This document shows, in pieces, positions 1-9,230 of a stretch of DNA of 32,000 nucleotides; positions within the stretch are counted from its first letter, which is position 1; each line of letters opens with the position of its first letter. Below the pieces are notes generated by a model. The model was not told where the DNA came from and did not search any database. It was given only the letters and a program-made list of their open reading frames with translations. A program made the position numbers and the translations under genes. Origin of the DNA: Methylophaga frappieri (lineage in GTDB: Bacteria; Pseudomonadota; Gammaproteobacteria; Nitrosococcales; Methylophagaceae); assembly GCF_000260965.1 (NCBI RefSeq), contig NC_017856.1, positions 690,001-722,000 of the forward strand, given 5' to 3'.

Positions 1-3
1 CCA

Positions 4-549
4 TCATGTTGCTGTCTCCGGTATCATGAAAATGCCCGGTGCGTTACGCCAGTAGCCACGAATATCCATACCAAAGCCGAATACATAACTATCCGGTACT
101 TCCAGACCAAGGTACTCGGGTGTCGCCCCCTGCTTGCGCTGATGTTGTTTATTCGTTAATGCCAGACAGCGAACAGAATCTGCCCCGGATTGCTCACAAA
201 ACTGCCGCAATGCCGTCAGCGTATATCCCTCATCGTAAATATCTTCAATCAATAGTACATGTCTGCCCTGTAACGCGGTTTGTGGCCGAGCAAGCCAATT
301 TAACTCGCCGCCCTGCAACGCATCCCCATACCGGCTGACATGAACATAATCGATCTCACAGGCAATCTGTAAATGCGGCAGAATTTGCCCCAAGGTCACC
401 ACCGCCCCATTCATCACACACAGCAGGATCAGGTTTTTATCCTGATAATCCCGATTTACCTGCGCTGCCAGCGTGACCAATTTGGATTGGATTTCTTCCA
501 GCGTATAAAGACAGGTCGCGCCGATTGGCAGACTTGCGTGTGTTGACAT
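4..549 (-). CDS. hpt: hypoxanthine(-guanine) phosphoribosyltransferase
   Basis: 181-aa ORF. It has the type I PRTase PRPP loop 'VLLIEDIYDEGYTL' and is collinear with the ~180-aa E. coli Hpt. AGGAG lies about 8 nt upstream of the ATG at 549, and the TGA stop is at 4-6. Confidence 0.85.
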   Translation of the reverse strand: MSTHASLPIGATCLYTLEEIQSKLVTLAAQVNRDYQDKNLILLCVMNGAVVTLGQILPHLQIACEIDYVHVSRYGDALQGGELNWLARPQTALQGRHVLLIEDIYDEGYTLTALRQFCEQSGADSVRCLALTNKQHQRKQGATPEYLGLEVPDSYVFGFGMDIRGYWRNAPGIFMIPETAT

Positions 550-609
550 GGGCTGTTCTCCTGATGCGGTGTCCGTATAATGTCAATTTTCGGTACTTGG
601 AATTATGCC

Positions 610-1506
610 ATGCGGCGTTTTTGGCCGGTGCTGCCAATCGTATTCATTTTTATTTTTGCCTATTGGCAGCCTGTTTCTGAACCGGCAACCTCGCCATCAG
701 ATCTGCCACAGCGAATTATCAGTCTGGCGCCCAGTATCACAGAAACCCTCTTTGCCTTGGATGCACAAGCCAAGCTGGTTGCCGTGACTGATTATTGCCG
801 CTATCCGGCTGCGGCCAGCCAGTTACCCACTGTTGGCGGTTATCTTGATGCGTCGCTGACCGCCATTGTTGAGCATCAACCTGATTTAGTAATTTTGTTG
901 GCCCAGCAACAACAACTGAGCCAGCAATTGAATCAATTCGGTATCGCGACCCTTACCGTAGACCATAGCAGACTCAATGGTATTCTGCGTAGTATCGGAG
1001 AAATAGGTGACATGATTGGCCACACTGCCGCCGGGACCCGACTACATCAGCAATTACAAAGTGACATTCAGCAGATCCATCATCGCGTTGCCAAACAGCC
1101 GGTAAAACAAACCTTGATCGCCATCGCACACGACACGAATAGTCAGCAGCTGGATCAAGTTTATCTCGCTGGTCAGCAGGATTTTTATAATGATTTGTTA
1201 GTGCTTGCCGGCGGTGAAAACGTTTATCAGCAGTCCTATTTGAAGGTACCCTCCGTGTCCCGTGAGGGCTTGCTGCGACTCAATCCAGATATCATTATTG
1301 ATATTTTTCCGGCGACTTATGCCCACTCTGCTGACTTAGCCGCAGTGCGACGACTCTGGCAGCAGCTTGATCAAGTCAACGCTGTACAAAACGACCAGAT
1401 TTTCTTTATCGAGGCGGATTATGCCACCGTGCCGGGTCCCAGAGTCGTCAAACTCCTTGACGACCTTGCCAGGTTGCTGCATCCGGAGGCCCACGATGCA
1501 TTTTGA
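610..1506 (+). CDS. ABC transporter periplasmic substrate-binding protein (BtuF/FhuD-type; cobalamin or iron-chelate class)
   Basis: ORF 580..1506. I prefer the in-frame ATG at 610, which gives MRRF plus a hydrophobic signal peptide. 'RIISLAPSITETLFALDAQAKLVAVTDYCRYP' matches the typical N-lobe of BtuF-like binding proteins. The stop overlaps the next start (ATGCATTTTGA). The start choice between 580 and 610 is uncertain. Confidence 0.8.
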   Translation: MRRFWPVLPIVFIFIFAYWQPVSEPATSPSDLPQRIISLAPSITETLFALDAQAKLVAVTDYCRYPAAASQLPTVGGYLDASLTAIVEHQPDLVILLAQQQQLSQQLNQFGIATLTVDHSRLNGILRSIGEIGDMIGHTAAGTRLHQQLQSDIQQIHHRVAKQPVKQTLIAIAHDTNSQQLDQVYLAGQQDFYNDLLVLAGGENVYQQSYLKVPSVSREGLLRLNPDIIIDIFPATYAHSADLAAVRRLWQQLDQVNAVQNDQIFFIEADYATVPGPRVVKLLDDLARLLHPEAHDAF

Positions 1507-2275
1507 GGGGCAACAGATATCGGTTGTTGAACAAGGTCATAGCTTATTAACAGATATCGATTTGACTATCGCATCAGGCGAATATTGGTGCATCGTCGGT
1601 CCCAACGGTGCGGGGAAGAGCACACTGTTACGCTGCCTAAATGGATTACAAAAAATACGTAGCGGACATCTCTCTCTGCAAAGCAAACCACTACAGCACT
1701 TTTCCAGAAAACAGCTGGCGCGCCATATCAGCTATGTTCCGCAACATAATGGTCGGCATTTGCCGTTTACTGTTCAAGAGTTTATGGCGATGAGTCGCTA
1801 CGCCCATCAGCGGTGGCTCGGCCATTGGCAACAAACCGATATTAAGGCTATAGATGAAGCTTTGATGATTACCGATTGTGAGGCATTTCGTGATCGTCAA
1901 TTAAGCGAGCTAAGCGGCGGAGAATGCCAACGCGTGATGATCGCTGCGGCACTGGCACAAGAAACGCCTGTTTTATTGCTTGATGAGCCGACCAGCTTCC
2001 TTGACCCTCAGCATCAATCTCGTATTCAACAACTTGTTCAGCAATTGCATCATGATCTTCATAAAACCATTATCGAAGTCAGTCATGACATTAATCATGC
2101 CGGCCAGCACGCGGATAACATTCTAGCGCTCAAAGCCGGGCAGGTTTTCTGGCAAGGTGCTGCGAGGCAATTTATCAACGCGGAAAGGTTATTTGATCTT
2201 TACTGTCAACGATTTGTGATAACGCCTCATCCACAAACGCATCTGCCAATTGCCTTGCCAGAGATCGTGCAATGA
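1496..2275 (+). CDS. ABC transporter ATP-binding protein (FecE/BtuD-like)
   Basis: Walker A GPNGAGKST, signature LSGGECQRV, Walker B LLLDEPTSFLD and H-loop VSHDIN are all present. The start is set at ATG 1496, which overlaps the upstream stop by 11 nt. The ORF-track N-terminal extension from 1367 lies inside the upstream gene. Confidence 0.9.
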   Translation: MHFEGQQISVVEQGHSLLTDIDLTIASGEYWCIVGPNGAGKSTLLRCLNGLQKIRSGHLSLQSKPLQHFSRKQLARHISYVPQHNGRHLPFTVQEFMAMSRYAHQRWLGHWQQTDIKAIDEALMITDCEAFRDRQLSELSGGECQRVMIAAALAQETPVLLLDEPTSFLDPQHQSRIQQLVQQLHHDLHKTIIEVSHDINHAGQHADNILALKAGQVFWQGAARQFINAERLFDLYCQRFVITPHPQTHLPIALPEIVQ

Positions 2276-3252
2276 TGCTGCAACGCTTGTCGCCATCAGC
2301 CAAACTTGCTGCTTTAAGCTTTTTCAGCCTGCTGATCGTGATGATTAGTCCCTGGATCGACTTGAACAGTATTGAATCCGCAGCAATTCGCGAACAAATT
2401 TACAATGACATTCGGTTGCCTCGCGTGTTATTCGCTTTTCTTGCCGGGAGTGGTTTGGCCCTATGTGGTTTGGTCTTTCAGGCCATGTTTCATAATCCAT
2501 TGGCAACGCCGTTTACGCTTGGCATCGCCAGTGGCGCGTCGTTTGGTGCGGTCGTTGCGGTCTATGTTGGCATTACAATCAGTTTTATGGGCCTGTCTGG
2601 GCCAACCATTGGCGCCTTCATCGGTGCTTTATTGTCCATGATTCTGGTCTATATGGTCAGCCGATTGCGAAGTGGTTTTTCGACTGAAACCTTGCTATTG
2701 ACGGGTGTTGCGGTCAGTTTTTTCTTTTCCAGTCTGATTTTACTGGTTCAGTATCTTAGTAATGTTGTCGATGCCTTTCAAATGATCCGTTGGCTGATGG
2801 GCAGTCTATCTGTGGTTGGTTATCAAGAGGTCGCTCAGCTGGCACCATTTGTTGGCCTGGCATCCGTGATTATTCTGAGTTTAGGCCGTGAGTTAAATCT
2901 GTTAATGGCTGGAGATGCCTTGGCGCAAAGCCGCGGGGTTTCCGTCAATAGGGTACGCTACGGCTTGTTTGTCACTACCTCGCTATGTGTTGGTGCGATC
3001 GTTGCCCTGTGCGGACCGATTGGTTTTGTAGGCATGATGGTGCCGCATATTTGTCGATTGCTGATTGGTCAGAACCATCAATATCTCATCCCGGCTAGCC
3101 TGTTGTTTGGTGGCAGTTTTCTGATTGTATGCGACACGCTGGCGCGACTGGTTTTTGCGCCGGCTGAATTACCCGTGGGTGTGATTACGACATTATTGGG
3201 TGGACCGTTTTTTCTTTGGTTACTACTGAGAAACAAACGACTAACTCCGTAA
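2272..3252 (+). CDS. FecCD/BtuC-family ABC transporter permease
   Basis: 326-aa polytopic protein with glycine-rich TM helices typical of FecCD permeases ('[16 protein letters not shown]', '[17 protein letters not shown]'). ATGA start/stop overlap with the ATPase gene at 2272-2275. Confidence 0.9.
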   Translation: MMLQRLSPSAKLAALSFFSLLIVMISPWIDLNSIESAAIREQIYNDIRLPRVLFAFLAGSGLALCGLVFQAMFHNPLATPFTLGIASGASFGAVVAVYVGITISFMGLSGPTIGAFIGALLSMILVYMVSRLRSGFSTETLLLTGVAVSFFFSSLILLVQYLSNVVDAFQMIRWLMGSLSVVGYQEVAQLAPFVGLASVIILSLGRELNLLMAGDALAQSRGVSVNRVRYGLFVTTSLCVGAIVALCGPIGFVGMMVPHICRLLIGQNHQYLIPASLLFGGSFLIVCDTLARLVFAPAELPVGVITTLLGGPFFLWLLLRNKRLTP

Positions 3253-3322
3253 TCCGATTATCCCAAGTCACGGTTTTCGCGGTAAAATAGGCGTTTTTAT
3301 TTGCCAAAACTGTGTGACACTT

Positions 3323-4315
3323 ATGCCTAAAATCGTTGTTTGCGCCTTATACAAATTTGTCGCGCTGCCAGATTACGCAAATTTGCGCGCTCCCATTCTC
3401 GAATTGATGCTGGATGAGCAGATTAGAGGTACCTTGTTACTGGCGCATGAAGGCATCAACGGTACCGTTGCTGGTTCCCGTCACGCTATCGATAAATTAT
3501 TGGTGCATTTAAATGCAGATCCGCGGCTGGCACCGATCAGCGTCAAAGAGTCATTGACCGATACGCCGCCATTTCTCCGCAGTCGGGTAAAGTTAAAACG
3601 TGAAATCGTCACCATGGGCGTTGATGGTATTGATCCACGCCGATCGGTTGGCACCTACGTCAAACCAGCTGACTGGAATGCACTTATTAACGACCCTGAT
3701 GTGGTTTTGATTGATACCCGAAATGATTACGAATATCAGGTGGGCACATTCAAAAACGCCATTAACCCGAATACAGACAGTTTTCGCGAGTTTCCCGATT
3801 ACGTCAAAAACCATCTGAATCCTGAAAAACATAAGAAAGTTGCCATGTTCTGCACCGGTGGTATTCGCTGTGAAAAATCCACCGCATTCCTTAAAGAGCA
3901 AGGCTTTGAGGCGGTTTACCATCTGGAAGGCGGCATTCTTAAGTATCTTGAAGAGGTTCCCGAAACAGAGTCAATGTGGCAGGGCGAATGTTTCGTTTTT
4001 GATGAACGTGTCACCGTTAATCATCAATTGGAAAAAGGCGATTATGATCAGTGTCATGCCTGCCGCATGCCGATTACTGAGGCGGAAAAAACACGCCCTG
4101 AGTATCAGCATGGCATCAGTTGTCATCACTGCTATGACAAAACCAGCGACCATCAAAAATCGCGCTTTGCCGAACGTCATCAACAAATGCGGTTGGCGCG
4201 GCTTCGTGGTGAGACACATATGGGAGCTGACACGAGTCATACGATCCGACAAAATCGACAAGCAAAACGTCAAAAACGGCTTCGTGATCAACAACAAAAT
4301 AACAAAAATGTTTGA
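3323..4315 (+). CDS. trhO: rhodanese-domain tRNA uridine(34) hydroxylase (UPF0176/YceA family)
   Basis: The N-terminus '[16 protein letters not shown]...[16 protein letters not shown]' and the rhodanese active-site loop '[12 protein letters not shown]' match the TrhO/YceA family. It also has a C-terminal Cys/His cluster and a basic tail. Start taken at ATG 3323; the track starts at a GTG at 3314. Confidence 0.85.
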   Translation: MPKIVVCALYKFVALPDYANLRAPILELMLDEQIRGTLLLAHEGINGTVAGSRHAIDKLLVHLNADPRLAPISVKESLTDTPPFLRSRVKLKREIVTMGVDGIDPRRSVGTYVKPADWNALINDPDVVLIDTRNDYEYQVGTFKNAINPNTDSFREFPDYVKNHLNPEKHKKVAMFCTGGIRCEKSTAFLKEQGFEAVYHLEGGILKYLEEVPETESMWQGECFVFDERVTVNHQLEKGDYDQCHACRMPITEAEKTRPEYQHGISCHHCYDKTSDHQKSRFAERHQQMRLARLRGETHMGADTSHTIRQNRQAKRQKRLRDQQQNNKNV

Positions 4316-4321
4316 CTGTCT

Positions 4322-5983
4322 ATGCGTTATCTTCTGCTTTTTTTCATCACATACACATTATTAAGTCCGACTGTCTTCGCCCAGAATCAAGCCGCAATTG
4401 CATCTGCACATCCGCTTGCCACTGAGGCTGGTTTTGAAATTCTGGAAGCAGGCGGTAATGCCTTTGATGCGGCGATTGCCGTCAGTGCCGCACTGGCTGT
4501 CGTTGAACCGGCCGGCTCGGGCATTGGTGGCGGTGGTTTTTGGTTGTTACAAGCAGCACAAGCTGATCGCGCGGTGATGATTGATGGCCGGGAAACGGCA
4601 CCATCCAGAGCGACCGCCGATATGTATCAAAACGATGATGACACAGTTAATCGGGATTTATCACTTAACCATCCACTCGGCGCCGGTATTCCCGGTTTGA
4701 TTGCCGGCCTGGATCGAATTCAACGCGACTATGGAAAATTGCCCCTATCCATCTCATTGGCACCAGCTATTCGCTATGCTGAGCAGGGTTTTCCGGTAAC
4801 AGCCCGTTATCGTCGCATGTTATCTTTTCGTCACTCGCGCTTTAACGATACCGCTAAACAGGTTTTGATGCCAGGCGGTGATTTACCTGAGATTGGCGAT
4901 CTGATTCGGCAACCGGACCTCGCTAAAACGTTACGTCTCATTGCGAGTGAAGGTGGCCAGGCTTTCTACCAAGGCAAACTTGCCGAACAAATGGTGAATG
5001 CCGTCAACCGCGCTGGTGGTATCTGGCAAGAAGCCGATTTAGCCGCTTATCAGGCCAAACAGCGTGAGGCAGTGACCAGTCAATATTTGAATTATCATAT
5101 TACCAGCGTAAATCTACCTTCAGCAGGCGGTATTTTGCTTATCAATATGTTGAATCAACTCCAGGAACTGGATTATCAACATGCTCCACCAGCGCTGCGT
5201 CGGCACTACCTCGCCGAGGTGATGCGCCGAGCCTATTTTGTTCGTAGTGAACATTTGGGTGATAGTGATTTTGTTGATGTCCCGACTTTTTTAACGGACT
5301 CGGATTTTGCCCGGGAGCTCAGCCAAAGCATTAATCCAAATCAGGCAACGGTTTCAGCAACGGGATTGGCCCCTGTCGCTGGTAAAGGAGAAGACACCAC
5401 CCATTTTTCAATTTTGGACACTGAGGGTAATCGGGTTGCTGCCACACTGAGTGTGAATTACCCCTTTGGGACAGGCTTTATGGTGCCAGGCACCGGCGTC
5501 TTATTGAATAACGAAATGGATGATTTTTCTGCCAAGATCGGTGAACCCAACGCATATGAACTCGTGAGCCAATCTGCCAATCAAATCGAACCCGGCAAGA
5601 GACCCCTCTCCAGCATGACACCAACTTTCGTTGAAAATTCAGAACAGTTGCTGATCCTCGGCACCCCGGGCGGCAGCCGCATCATCACCATGGTCTTGCA
5701 AGGTATTTTGGCCTTTATTGATGACCAGTCTGCACAGCAAATTGTCAGTTCACCCCGTTTACATCATCAATACCTGCCAGACCAAATCACAGTTGAAACA
5801 CCCGGTTTTGATGCCGCCGTCATCGACAGTCTTGAAAATAAAGGTCACCACGTAAAATCACTGGATCGGCAATTTGGCAATATGCAGCTACTCATCGCCG
5901 ATAAAATTACTGGCAAGGTTGATGCGGCCAGTGATCCAAGGGGTGAGGGTTCGGCGGTGGTGCGGTTTATTCAATCTGACTAA
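4322..5983 (+). CDS. ggt: gamma-glutamyltranspeptidase
   Basis: 553 aa with signal peptide MRYLLLFFITYTLLSPTVFAQ. The autoprocessing and nucleophile motif 'GEDTTHFSILD' puts the predicted nucleophile Thr at codon 359 (nt 5396-5398). 'GTPGGSRIIT' is near the C-terminus. Confidence 0.9.
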   Translation: MRYLLLFFITYTLLSPTVFAQNQAAIASAHPLATEAGFEILEAGGNAFDAAIAVSAALAVVEPAGSGIGGGGFWLLQAAQADRAVMIDGRETAPSRATADMYQNDDDTVNRDLSLNHPLGAGIPGLIAGLDRIQRDYGKLPLSISLAPAIRYAEQGFPVTARYRRMLSFRHSRFNDTAKQVLMPGGDLPEIGDLIRQPDLAKTLRLIASEGGQAFYQGKLAEQMVNAVNRAGGIWQEADLAAYQAKQREAVTSQYLNYHITSVNLPSAGGILLINMLNQLQELDYQHAPPALRRHYLAEVMRRAYFVRSEHLGDSDFVDVPTFLTDSDFARELSQSINPNQATVSATGLAPVAGKGEDTTHFSILDTEGNRVAATLSVNYPFGTGFMVPGTGVLLNNEMDDFSAKIGEPNAYELVSQSANQIEPGKRPLSSMTPTFVENSEQLLILGTPGGSRIITMVLQGILAFIDDQSAQQIVSSPRLHHQYLPDQITVETPGFDAAVIDSLENKGHHVKSLDRQFGNMQLLIADKITGKVDAASDPRGEGSAVVRFIQSD

Positions 5984-6447
5984 AGCCGCATCTGCGATGG
6001 CATTTTGCCCTGTCTTGACTGCGCCAACGCACTGGTTTCAAGAATCAGCAATACCACCAGTATCAATGACAAAGGCATTAAAACGAATAAACCCAACACA
6101 GCGCGCTGAATGAATTGATCCGGACTGCTGGCAATATCCTGAGTCAGCCACAGACTGATCAAAAACAACAATGCGGTCAGACCATATGTCAACAACAGAT
6201 AACAGCCACGCCGCCACGCTAATTGCCAATGCGCCAGAACAAGATCCGATTTACCTGCTGGTCGACTTGCCTGCCATGCCAAGCTCGCGATGACCATGGT
6301 GGAAATGAACACCGGTAACGTAAAAATCAGCCACAAGTTCTTGGTTGCAAAGAGAATAGCTGGGAGTAAAAAATGGCTTAGTGCCAGATTTAATAAAAAT
6401 CGTTCGTGCGGTTGGCTGGCAGCACGCTGTAATGCATTATCCATCAT
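5980..6447 (-). CDS. hypothetical small inner-membrane protein (about 4 TM helices)
   Basis: 155-aa ORF with four clear hydrophobic segments. No motif recognised. It is convergent with ggt and the stop codons overlap (cTAA at 5980-5983). Confidence 0.5.
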   Translation of the reverse strand: MMDNALQRAASQPHERFLLNLALSHFLLPAILFATKNLWLIFTLPVFISTMVIASLAWQASRPAGKSDLVLAHWQLAWRRGCYLLLTYGLTALLFLISLWLTQDIASSPDQFIQRAVLGLFVLMPLSLILVVLLILETSALAQSRQGKMPSQMRL

Positions 6448-6470
6448 ACTGTCCGCTTTAATTGAGGAAC

Positions 6471-7244
6471 ATGCTTGATATGGTGCCGTTAATCGACAGC
6501 CATTGCCACCTTGATTTCGCTGCCTTTGATGTCGATCGAAAGCAGCTTATCGAACATTGCAAGGCGCTGGGTATCACTGACATTATCGTACCTGGCGTTA
6601 CCTGCGAGACTTGGCCCCGCATGCTGAAGCTATGTCAAGAACATGACATCATGAAACCAGCGCTGGGTTGTCATCCAATGTTTATGGCGGCGCATCCTGA
6701 CGATGCCCTCACTTTGCTCGACACATTTATCGCACAGCATCGTCCCGTCGCGATTGGCGAAATTGGTCTCGATTTCTATCACTCTGATACCAATAAAGTC
6801 GCTCAACTGGCCTTGTTTAACGGACAACTTGATTTAGCGGTGAAATACAACTTGCCCGTCATTCTGCATGTCCGTAAAGCTCATGATGACGTTCTTAAAT
6901 CGCTCCGTTCGCGGCCTCTTTTAAGGGGTATTGTCCACGCGTTTAGCGGCAGCCAACAACAAGCCGAAGCTTATGCAAAACAGCAGTTTTTGCTGGGGAT
7001 CGGTGGCGCCTTAACTTACCCGAGAGCCCAGCGTCTGCAGCGTTTATATCGTCATCTGCCCCTCGAACAGATTGTGCTTGAAACAGATGCGCCTGACATG
7101 CCCTTATGCGGCTATCAAGGGCAGCGCAATTCTCCAGTTCGACTTTATGAGGTATTGCAGAAACTAACTGAAATTCGCGATGACTCATTATCAGAAATCG
7201 CCAGCCAAACATCGCACAACGTTCAAAAACTGCTGAATATCTGA
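6471..7244 (+). CDS. TatD-family metal-dependent hydrolase/DNase (YjjV-like)
   Basis: 'IDSHCHLDF' N-terminal metal motif, 'EIGLDF', 'ILHVRKAHDD', 'VHAFSGS' and 'LETDAPDM' are the canonical TatD signature blocks. GAGG precedes ATG 6471. ATG 6480 and TTG 6462 are alternative starts. Confidence 0.85.
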   Translation: MLDMVPLIDSHCHLDFAAFDVDRKQLIEHCKALGITDIIVPGVTCETWPRMLKLCQEHDIMKPALGCHPMFMAAHPDDALTLLDTFIAQHRPVAIGEIGLDFYHSDTNKVAQLALFNGQLDLAVKYNLPVILHVRKAHDDVLKSLRSRPLLRGIVHAFSGSQQQAEAYAKQQFLLGIGGALTYPRAQRLQRLYRHLPLEQIVLETDAPDMPLCGYQGQRNSPVRLYEVLQKLTEIRDDSLSEIASQTSHNVQKLLNI

Positions 7245-7284
7245 ATAATGACGAACCACAGCATAGGTAAACTCGCTATTGCAA

Positions 7285-7293
7285 TGTTATAAA
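7285..7293 (+). promoter_or_regulatory. candidate extended -10 promoter element (TGtTATAAA) for the moxR operon
   Basis: TG at 7285-7286, one nt, then TATAAA at 7288-7293, about 64 nt upstream of the moxR ATG. There is no convincing -35. This is a pattern match only. Confidence 0.3.
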
Positions 7294-7356
7294 GAAGTGA
7301 CTCGGACCATCTTATTCCAAATTGATTGCCTTTGACTCTGCTAATCAGGACTGTTT

Positions 7357-8268
7357 ATGAACCACGGCCATATTGACGCCATTCTCGCCAGCCTTAATCA
7401 GGTTATTCTCGGCAAAGATCACGCTGTAAAACTGGCCTTAAGTTGCTTGTTGGCACGCGGTCATTTGCTAATTGAAGATCTGCCCGGTGTCGGCAAAACT
7501 ACGCTGGCACATGCGCTGGCCGCCACTCTGGGCTTGAAATTTCAACGGGTACAATTTACCAGTGACATGTTACCGGCGGATATTATCGGCGTATCAATTT
7601 TTGATCGTGAATTGCAGCGTTTTACCCTGCATCGCGGCCCTGTTTTTACACAATTATTGCTGGCTGATGAAGTGAATCGTGCGTCGCCTCGCACCCAAAG
7701 TGCCTTGCTGGAAGTCATGGAAGAACAGCAGGTCAGTATCGATGGCGAAACCTATCCATTGACATCGCCATTTTTTGTTATTGCCACACAAAATCCGACG
7801 CATCAAATTGGTACCTTTCCGTTGCCGGAGTCACAGCTTGATCGTTTCCTGATGCGAATTTCACTTGGCTATCCAAATACCAATGCCGAACGAGCGCTGC
7901 TCAAAGGTGACGACCGGCGACAACTCTTACAGCAATTACAACCGGTGATCGAACCGGCAACCCTGCTCAACTTGCAACACACCGTGCAAATGCAGACCGT
8001 TTCGGATGCTTTGATAGACTATGTTCAGGCCTTGCTATCGCATACCCGCCACAGTGGTCAGTTTCAAAATGGGCTTTCCCCTCGTGCTGGACTTGGTCTG
8101 CTTCACGCCGCACAAGCATGGTCATTCATTAGTGGTCGTGACTATGTGATGCCAGAAGATGTTCAGGCTGTTTTACCCAATGTCATTGGCCATCGCCTGC
8201 AGTCTGGCAGATCCGCGATGCAACCGGACTGGGTGCAATCGTTAGTTGATGCTGTCGCCATTCCCTGA
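7357..8268 (+). CDS. MoxR-family AAA+ ATPase
   Basis: Walker A 'LPGVGKTTLAHALA', Walker B 'LLADEVNRASPRTQSALLEVMEE', and 'FFVIATQNP' sensor region, all typical of MoxR/RavA-class ATPases. AGGA lies 6 nt upstream of the ATG. Confidence 0.9.
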   Translation: MNHGHIDAILASLNQVILGKDHAVKLALSCLLARGHLLIEDLPGVGKTTLAHALAATLGLKFQRVQFTSDMLPADIIGVSIFDRELQRFTLHRGPVFTQLLLADEVNRASPRTQSALLEVMEEQQVSIDGETYPLTSPFFVIATQNPTHQIGTFPLPESQLDRFLMRISLGYPNTNAERALLKGDDRRQLLQQLQPVIEPATLLNLQHTVQMQTVSDALIDYVQALLSHTRHSGQFQNGLSPRAGLGLLHAAQAWSFISGRDYVMPEDVQAVLPNVIGHRLQSGRSAMQPDWVQSLVDAVAIP

Positions 8269-9230
8269 TGGTAGCAAACACCTTAAAGTCCGCCTGGCTG
8301 CGCCTGACCACAATCAATGGGCGTCGGATTTATATCCTTCCTTCACGGGCAGGCTTGGGTTTTGCCGGTTTGATGTTGCTGATGTTGCTGGCAGCCATTA
8401 ATTACAACAATAGTCTGGCATATCTGTTGGCTTTTTTACTCATCAGCCTTGGCCATGTTGCCATGCATCACAGCCATCGCAATATACGCACTGTTACCTA
8501 TCAGGTTCTGCCACCTCGACCGGCTTTTGCGGGTCAAAACATCCCACTTGGCCTTGTCATAACCACGAAACATCAACACCCGGTTTACCAACTTTTAATT
8601 GATTATGCATCGACTGCACCGCCTTCCCGATGGTTTTCGTTATCGACATTGGCACGTTATCAGCACGTCGCTGTGATGCCGATGGTTAGCGATGCTGAAT
8701 CTTTTTCTGTACCACTCCCCGCAATGACGCGGGGTTGGCAAACGATTCGACCATTGCGTATTGGCAGTCGCTATCCGTTGGGATTATTTTACTGTTGGAC
8801 AATTATCAGGCCAGACACCCAGGTTTTGATTTACCCCGCCCCGACAGGAGTATTACCGCTGCCATTATCAGATAACGGTAATGTCGCATTAATGGCAGGA
8901 ACAGGCCAAGACGACTTCGCCGGCTTTCGGAAATATCATCTCGGTGATCCCGCGCATCAAATCGCCTGGAAAGCACTGGCTCGGGATGATGTCTTGCGCA
9001 GTAAACAATATAACCATCCAGAAGGCATCACCTTACAGCTCGATTGGCAACAGGTGGCATCTCTTAGCGAAACTGAAGCCCGTTTATCCCAGTTATGCCA
9101 GTGGGTTCTAGCTGCTGATGAAGCAAACATGCAGTATGGTTTGACCTTACCGACGGGACATATTGAGCCAGATAAGGGAGCCAATCACCGCCACCGCTGT
9201 TTATCTTTACTGGCCACTTATGATCGCTGA
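8268..9230 (+). CDS. DUF58-domain protein (MoxR partner)
   Basis: Its position immediately after moxR (TGATG, 1-nt overlap) is the usual one for DUF58. The N-terminal TM hairpin contains 'AAINYNNSLAYLL', as I remember for DUF58 proteins. The family call rests on synteny plus that motif only. Confidence 0.7.
   Translation: MVANTLKSAWLRLTTINGRRIYILPSRAGLGFAGLMLLMLLAAINYNNSLAYLLAFLLISLGHVAMHHSHRNIRTVTYQVLPPRPAFAGQNIPLGLVITTKHQHPVYQLLIDYASTAPPSRWFSLSTLARYQHVAVMPMVSDAESFSVPLPAMTRGWQTIRPLRIGSRYPLGLFYCWTIIRPDTQVLIYPAPTGVLPLPLSDNGNVALMAGTGQDDFAGFRKYHLGDPAHQIAWKALARDDVLRSKQYNHPEGITLQLDWQQVASLSETEARLSQLCQWVLAADEANMQYGLTLPTGHIEPDKGANHRHRCLSLLATYDR

Noticed and set aside
550-609. Possible cobalamin riboswitch or other leader upstream of the BtuF-like importer
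   Set aside because: Only about 60 nt separate the divergent start codons, which is far too short for a B12 riboswitch. Only an isolated TATAAT (576-581) without a -35 is visible.
1367-1495. N-terminal extensions offered by the ORF track for the ABC ATPase (1367-1495), tgpA (9163-9219), the HExxH protein (12033-12101), pqiA (21889-21912), the M20D gene (31476-31499) and the overlapping ORF 21821..22132
   Set aside because: The extensions overlap the preceding gene or lack an SD. Internal ATGs give family-typical N-termini, usually with an SD or a stop/start overlap.
3840-4364. 174-aa plus-strand ORF bridging the 3' end of trhO and the 5' end of ggt in another frame
   Set aside because: It is out of frame with two genes that both have clear family signatures. 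Its sequence has no features of its own.
6448-6470. Very short (23 bp) divergent gap between the 155-aa membrane-protein gene and tatD, considered as a shared bidirectional promoter
   Set aside because: It is too short to hold two promoters, so the promoters must lie inside the coding regions or one start is mis-assigned. Nothing in the sequence resolves this.
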